From contig JBOFUV010000077.1 in NCBI GenBank assembly GCA_051652765.1, forward strand, positions 1 through 41,940: a stretch of 41,940 bases of DNA, read 5' to 3'. The notes under the pieces were generated by a model that ran no database searches, was not told the DNA's origin, and worked only from the letters and a program-made list of their open reading frames with translations. This DNA comes from Microcoleaceae cyanobacterium. GTDB taxonomy: Bacteria; Cyanobacteriota; Cyanobacteriia; Cyanobacteriales; Microcoleaceae. Below are positions 37,954 to 41,940 of the stretch, piece by piece (the first letter of the stretch is position 1; every line of letters starts with the position of its first letter). The position numbers and the translations under genes were made by a program.

Positions 37954-39183
37954 ATGACCCAATATACTGAACATCACCCTCAGCAAACCTTAGCCTTATC
38001 AGAAGATTACCGTATCTCAATTCTGGGCTGGTATGGCAATGACAACTGTGGTGATGAAGCGATCCTGACCGTCATGTTATCCTCCCTCCGCCAGTCTTTT
38101 CCACAGGCAAAATATTGGGTTTTTTCAGCTAATCCCAAGAAAACGTCTGCCATGTATCAAGTTTCAGCAATTCCAAAAAAATTGACAAAAGGTTTCTTTC
38201 AGATTGTTCAGACTATTCAACAGTCAGATTTATTCATCATTGGTGGAGGCACTTTAACGGCGGATAATCCTGTAGCGATGCTGCCAATTTGGTTTTGTAT
38301 GGGGGTTGCAATTCTCTATCGTGTCCCTGTATTTTTTTATGCTCAAGGGGTAGAAAAGTTAGAAACAAAACTCACTCGATGGATCACCAGATTTTTGGTC
38401 AATCGAGTCAGCTTGATCACCTTGCGAGATAGCAACTCAAAGGAAAATTTGTTAGATATTGGAGTTACTCAACCTCAGATTGTTGTGACTGGAGATCCTG
38501 GAATTAACCTCCCAAGTTCTCCAATTCATTTGGCTTCAGTGCTTCAAGAAATAAAACCTCCTGAAGAGATTGAAATTTTTCTAAATAGACCTGTAATTGG
38601 CATTTGCCCGAAAGCAAATATTCATACGGCGACTCGTTCTGCTGCTGAAATTGAGTTGGAGCTGTCTCAGTTGGCTGATGAATTAGTAATGAAGTTGGGC
38701 GTTAGTATTCTATTTGTTCCTATGCAGAATACTGGTGTAGATAATGATGTTCTCAGTTCCGAGCGAATTATTAGTAAAATGCAATATTCCCAGTCTGCAC
38801 TCACTCTTGCTAGGACTATTTCTGGGAATGTTTCTGAGAATATTTCTGGGAATTATAGTCCGGCTGAACTAAAAGGAATCTTAGGTCAACTTGACTTAGT
38901 AATTGGGGTTAGACTTCATGCTTTAATCTTTGCAGCCGCTGCTTATATTCCTGTCATTGGGATTGCCTATGCCGAAAAAATTCCCTATTTTCTAAGGGCA
39001 ATTGGTCAGGAAGAATGGATGTTGGATTTAGACCAGTTTTTCTCTAAAACTCTCAGTGAAAAAGTTTGTAGTCTCTGGCAGCAGCGACATGTTGTTCAAA
39101 ATTCCTTGAAGCTAAAGGTGACTCACTATCAGGAAAAGGCTGCGACAACGATTGATTATATCGAGCAGATCCTACAAAATTGA
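37954..39183 (+). CDS. Polysaccharide pyruvyl transferase (CsaB-like)
   Basis: GWYGNDNCGDEAI, IIGGG, ITLRD..S, GVRLHALIFA, IAY..K. Confidence 0.88.
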   Translation: MTQYTEHHPQQTLALSEDYRISILGWYGNDNCGDEAILTVMLSSLRQSFPQAKYWVFSANPKKTSAMYQVSAIPKKLTKGFFQIVQTIQQSDLFIIGGGTLTADNPVAMLPIWFCMGVAILYRVPVFFYAQGVEKLETKLTRWITRFLVNRVSLITLRDSNSKENLLDIGVTQPQIVVTGDPGINLPSSPIHLASVLQEIKPPEEIEIFLNRPVIGICPKANIHTATRSAAEIELELSQLADELVMKLGVSILFVPMQNTGVDNDVLSSERIISKMQYSQSALTLARTISGNVSENISGNYSPAELKGILGQLDLVIGVRLHALIFAAAAYIPVIGIAYAEKIPYFLRAIGQEEWMLDLDQFFSKTLSEKVCSLWQQRHVVQNSLKLKVTHYQEKAATTIDYIEQILQN

Positions 39184-39813
39184 CCCTGCTTGAACTTGAG
39201 CGATCGCCCCCACAATAATCTGATGTTCCTCGACCTGAATTCGAGCATGTAAGGTTTCAGGCGTATCATTGGGTAAGACGGGAACTGCTGATTGGATTAA
39301 AACCGGGCCCCGATCAACGGCAAGTTCAACCAGATGTACGGTGCAACCTGTGATTTTAACCCCTGCGGCTAAAGCTTGCTCGACAGCGTGAATCCCTGGA
39401 AAACTAGGTAACAAACTAGGGTGGACGTTGATGATTTTTTGAGGGAATGCATTAATTAAAACTTGAGTCACAATTCGCATCCAACCTGCCATGATTACCC
39501 ACTCGACTTGGTTTTGGTTGAGCACTTCAACAATTGTATGATCCAGATCTTCTCGAGTCCGATAATTCCGATGGTTCAGTAGATAGGTGGGAATGCCGAA
39601 TTTTTTAGCTCGTTCAACGACTTTGGCTTCAGGATTATTGTAGATTACCACTTGAATTTCGGCGTTGAGCTTTCCTTCTTGAATGGCTTGGGCGATCGCC
39701 TCAAAGTTACTGCCGCTCCCTGACGCGAGTACACCTAGCTTCAACGGTTCCCCTGTTACAAATAGTGAGGCGAGCAGGGGTGGCGAAATTAAACTGATTT
39801 CTGGATAGCTCAC
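39172..39813 (-). CDS. purN: Phosphoribosylglycinamide formyltransferase
   Basis: LASGSGSNF, AGWMR, INVHPSLLPSFPG, GCTVH, VDRGP, EH. Confidence 0.96.
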   Translation of the reverse strand: MSYPEISLISPPLLASLFVTGEPLKLGVLASGSGSNFEAIAQAIQEGKLNAEIQVVIYNNPEAKVVERAKKFGIPTYLLNHRNYRTREDLDHTIVEVLNQNQVEWVIMAGWMRIVTQVLINAFPQKIINVHPSLLPSFPGIHAVEQALAAGVKITGCTVHLVELAVDRGPVLIQSAVPVLPNDTPETLHARIQVEEHQIIVGAIAQVQAGSIL

Positions 39814-39839
39814 GTTAAAATCCTTGGGATTGGTCTTAC

Positions 39840-39895
39840 TTTTAAACCTTTAGTTTTAAACCTTCAGTTTTAAACCTTTAGTTTTAAACTGTCAG
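39840..39895. repeat. 14-bp tandem repeat x4 (TTTTAAACCTTTAG)
   Basis: Units at 39840, 39854, 39868 and 39882 (last degenerate). Confidence 0.9.
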
Positions 39896-39923
39896 TAGAA
39901 TAATTCTATGCTGAGTTGATCAG

Positions 39924-39964
39924 AAGTTAATCTACTAAAGTTAATCTACTAAAGTTAATCTACT
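39924..39964. repeat. 14-bp tandem repeat x3 (AAGTTAATCTACTA)
   Basis: Units at 39924, 39938 and 39952, ending just before ATG 39967. Confidence 0.9.
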
Positions 39965-39966
39965 GG

Positions 39967-40860
39967 ATGATCCCGCGACAGACTTCTTCGGCTCACTGGC
40001 TTGACAATGAAGGGGTTGCAGCCTGGATATTCTTGGCTCCTGCCCTGATCCTGCTGGCAATCTTTGTATTGTGGCCGATCCTGTATCTCTGCTATCTCAG
40101 TTTCACGACAGGTAGTTTCACCTTGGCGGGGATGCAGTGGGTTGGCTTGAAAAACTATTGGCGTTTATTCAGCAGCCCTGATTTTTGGCAGGTGATCGGC
40201 AATACAATTTACTTTACCGTTGCCACCGTGATTCCAAGTCTGGTGATTCCTTTAGGACTAGCGGTGCTTCTGAATCAAAGTTTGGCTCTACGAGGATTCC
40301 TGCGAACAGCTTATTTTATTCCTTCGATTACGTCTCTGGTTGCGGTGGGTTTAGGATGGCGCTGGCTATTTCAAACTGATGGCCCGGTGAATGCAGCATT
40401 AACTCACCTGGGAGTAAATCCGATTCCCTGGTTGAGTAGTACTGTCTGGGCCATGCCTGTCTTAATTTTGCTCAGTATTTGGAAGCAAATTGGCTTTAAC
40501 ATGGTTGTCTTTCTGTCTGGATTACAAGCGATTCCAGCCAGTCGTTATGAAGCTGCCGAACTGGATGGGGCAGGGCCGTGGCAGCAATTTTGGTATATTA
40601 CGTTACCAGGATTGCAGCCAACCTTGGTCTTTGCTGCCGTGACAACGATCATTTTCACCCTACGCAGTTTTGAACAGGTCTATATCATTACTGGAGGTGG
40701 CCCCTTAAATACAACAAACCTGCTTGTTTACTTCATTTATGAACAAGCATTTGCTCAGTTTGACTTTGGCTATGCTGCAGCCGGAGCAACTCTTTTACTT
40801 GCCGTTGCATTAGTTCTCGTTTACTTTCAGCTTCAGGGATTTAAAGATGATCAAGGATGA
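39967..40860 (+). CDS. Carbohydrate ABC transporter permease (MalF/LacF-type)
   Basis: FLAPALI, VGLKNY, WKQIGFNM, YEAAELDGA, TGGGP. Confidence 0.93.
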   Translation: MIPRQTSSAHWLDNEGVAAWIFLAPALILLAIFVLWPILYLCYLSFTTGSFTLAGMQWVGLKNYWRLFSSPDFWQVIGNTIYFTVATVIPSLVIPLGLAVLLNQSLALRGFLRTAYFIPSITSLVAVGLGWRWLFQTDGPVNAALTHLGVNPIPWLSSTVWAMPVLILLSIWKQIGFNMVVFLSGLQAIPASRYEAAELDGAGPWQQFWYITLPGLQPTLVFAAVTTIIFTLRSFEQVYIITGGGPLNTTNLLVYFIYEQAFAQFDFGYAAAGATLLLAVALVLVYFQLQGFKDDQG

Positions 40861-40966
40861 GATTTTTTTCAGAACCTCAACAAAATTCCAGAGAAATTCC
40901 AGAACTGCTTTACAATGACAGTTTAGGATTAGAGAATAGTGTGCAAATGCTTCTACCTAATTAATT

Positions 40967-41662
40967 ATGTTCATTGCACCTCATGAGCTGGCTATCTTAA
41001 TTGCTAAGATCTTTCCAGATGGATTATTTTCTAAAGAAACTACTAAATCCGTAGTAGCCCTAACAATAGATGATGTCGGAGATCCTTCAACTGAGACACT
41101 TTTAGAGATTATTTCTCAACATAATCAACAGGTTAATAATCCCACAGAACAGGCAACAGCCACCTTCTTTATCACCACTAGTTTTCTCCAGGAAGATGAT
41201 AGTATTCTGGAAAAACTGCTCAAGCAAAACCACGAACTCGGGAACCATGGAGTCTACGATCATACCCATGCCGCCTTGAGTCCTGAAGAGTTTGAGCGAG
41301 AATTTCATCAAGCTCACGAGACTTTAGTTCAGCAGACAAATGCCAAACCAAAGTGGTTTAGACCAGGGCGAGGACGCTACAACAAAACGATGCTAGATAC
41401 CCTGAAGTTAATGCCGGGATATTACCCTCAATTTGCCCTGGCTTCGATGATTCCTCTGGATACCTATGAGCTAACCAATCATCCTGATTTTACGATGCGT
41501 TATATTTCCAAGTTTGTCTTTCCGGGAGCAATTTTAGTCTTTCATGGGGGCTCAGCAGAACGAGTCAAAAATACGGCGATTGCTCTGCGACAAGCCCTAG
41601 CCTATCTCAGGGCGCATCAGTATCGGGTGGTAACTTTAACTGAGCTGATTGAACAGTTCTAA
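40967..41662 (+). CDS. Polysaccharide deacetylase (NodB-type CE4)
   Basis: VALTIDD, ATFF, ELGNHG..DHTH, WFRPG, GAILVFH, VVTLTEL. Confidence 0.87.
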   Translation: MFIAPHELAILIAKIFPDGLFSKETTKSVVALTIDDVGDPSTETLLEIISQHNQQVNNPTEQATATFFITTSFLQEDDSILEKLLKQNHELGNHGVYDHTHAALSPEEFEREFHQAHETLVQQTNAKPKWFRPGRGRYNKTMLDTLKLMPGYYPQFALASMIPLDTYELTNHPDFTMRYISKFVFPGAILVFHGGSAERVKNTAIALRQALAYLRAHQYRVVTLTELIEQF

Positions 41663-41682
41663 GGTAATTCTGTATCGCAGCT

Positions 41683-41710
41683 CAAAAGCACGGTCGGAAC
41701 CGTGCTTTTG
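41683..41710. terminator. Bidirectional intrinsic terminator between convergent genes
   Basis: CAAAAGCACGGT-CGGA-ACCGTGCTTTTG, a perfect 12-bp stem with short A/T runs on both arms. Confidence 0.8.
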
Positions 41711-41756
41711 GAAGAATGAACAGACGATGAGGACGCTAGCTTTCCTTCGACTTAGA

Positions 41757-41939
41757 CTAGACCTTGTTCGCTTTGTGCTTTGCAGCAAACATGCCACCCA
41801 AGGCGAGCAGACCCAAAACCATTCCAGGCTCAGGAACGCTCTTGTTGGTTTCAGGGTTAAAACCGCTGTCGCTCAGCAAGAAGGAGTGGTTGTCGGTCTC
41901 AAAGCCACCGCCTTTGCCAGAAACCTGGGTCAGTACAAC
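41757..41939 (-). CDS. PEP-CTERM surface protein, C-terminal 60 aa (starts outside window; not in ORF track)
   Basis: Manual translation: VVLTQVSGKGGGFETDNHSFLLSDSGFNPETNKSVPEPGMVLGLLALGGMFAAKHKANKV*. VPEP + hydrophobic helix + basic tail. Confidence 0.88.
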   Translation of the reverse strand, partial: VVLTQVSGKGGGFETDNHSFLLSDSGFNPETNKSVPEPGMVLGLLALGGMFAAKHKANKV

Positions 41940-41940
41940 C

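Larger units (their letters stand above)
1091..39700. repeat. HIP1 octamer GCGATCGC, dispersed (about 28 copies)
   Basis: Examples at 1091, 1471, 6001, 13163, 17443, 20983, 23033, 32101, 33661; fewer than one copy expected by chance. Cyanobacterial hallmark. Confidence 0.9.

Noticed and set aside
35460..39190. HIP1-free stretch as evidence of horizontal transfer
   Set aside because: Similar 3-4 kb gaps occur elsewhere in the window, e.g. within the kdp operon.
39840..39964. Arrays as CRISPR
   Set aside because: Head-to-tail 14-bp units, no unique spacers, no cas genes.
319..40860. The two sugar ABC permeases as ends of one disrupted operon or island
   Set aside because: They are 39 kb apart with core genes (lpxD, purN) between; scattered ABC subunits are normal in cyanobacteria.
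595..41317. Short alternative-frame or antisense ORFs in the track (e.g. 10787-11206, 21386-21652, 30188-30721, 32652-33230)
   Set aside because: They overlap well-supported genes and show no recognisable motifs.

Overview
Cyanobacterial chromosomal segment (about 28 HIP1 octamers GCGATCGC counted by eye). Left to right: the 5' end of an IS4-family transposase running off the edge; a sugar ABC permease; 5-formyl-THF cyclo-ligase; a cyanobacterial kdpA-B-G(F-like)-C-D operon with a truncated KdpD and a divergent membrane His kinase plus NarL-type regulator; lpxD; a TftA-like amidase/glucosaminidase; a VOC protein; and a 1789-aa hybrid kinase with an insert-Cys cyanobacteriochrome GAF. Divergent from the kinase is a pair of AAA_35/STAND ATPases (HTH-STAND-GGDEF and STAND-TM-14xWD40), separated by a structured spacer with direct-repeat ends. 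Next is an 11-gene glycan-tailoring cluster: GT4, atypical GlpD-like flavoenzyme, YdjM-like hydrolase, PHP-methyltransferase fusion, two [SDR + acyltransferase] modules, deacetylase, GT2 and pyruvyltransferase. The window ends with purN, a second sugar ABC permease, a NodB-type deacetylase and the 3' end of a PEP-CTERM protein. Best candidates for an undescribed system are the STAND pair with c-di-GMP output and the glycan cluster, possibly linked. Short (11-16 bp) tandem duplications recur in many intergenic regions. All calls come from motif recognition by eye; no searches were run.
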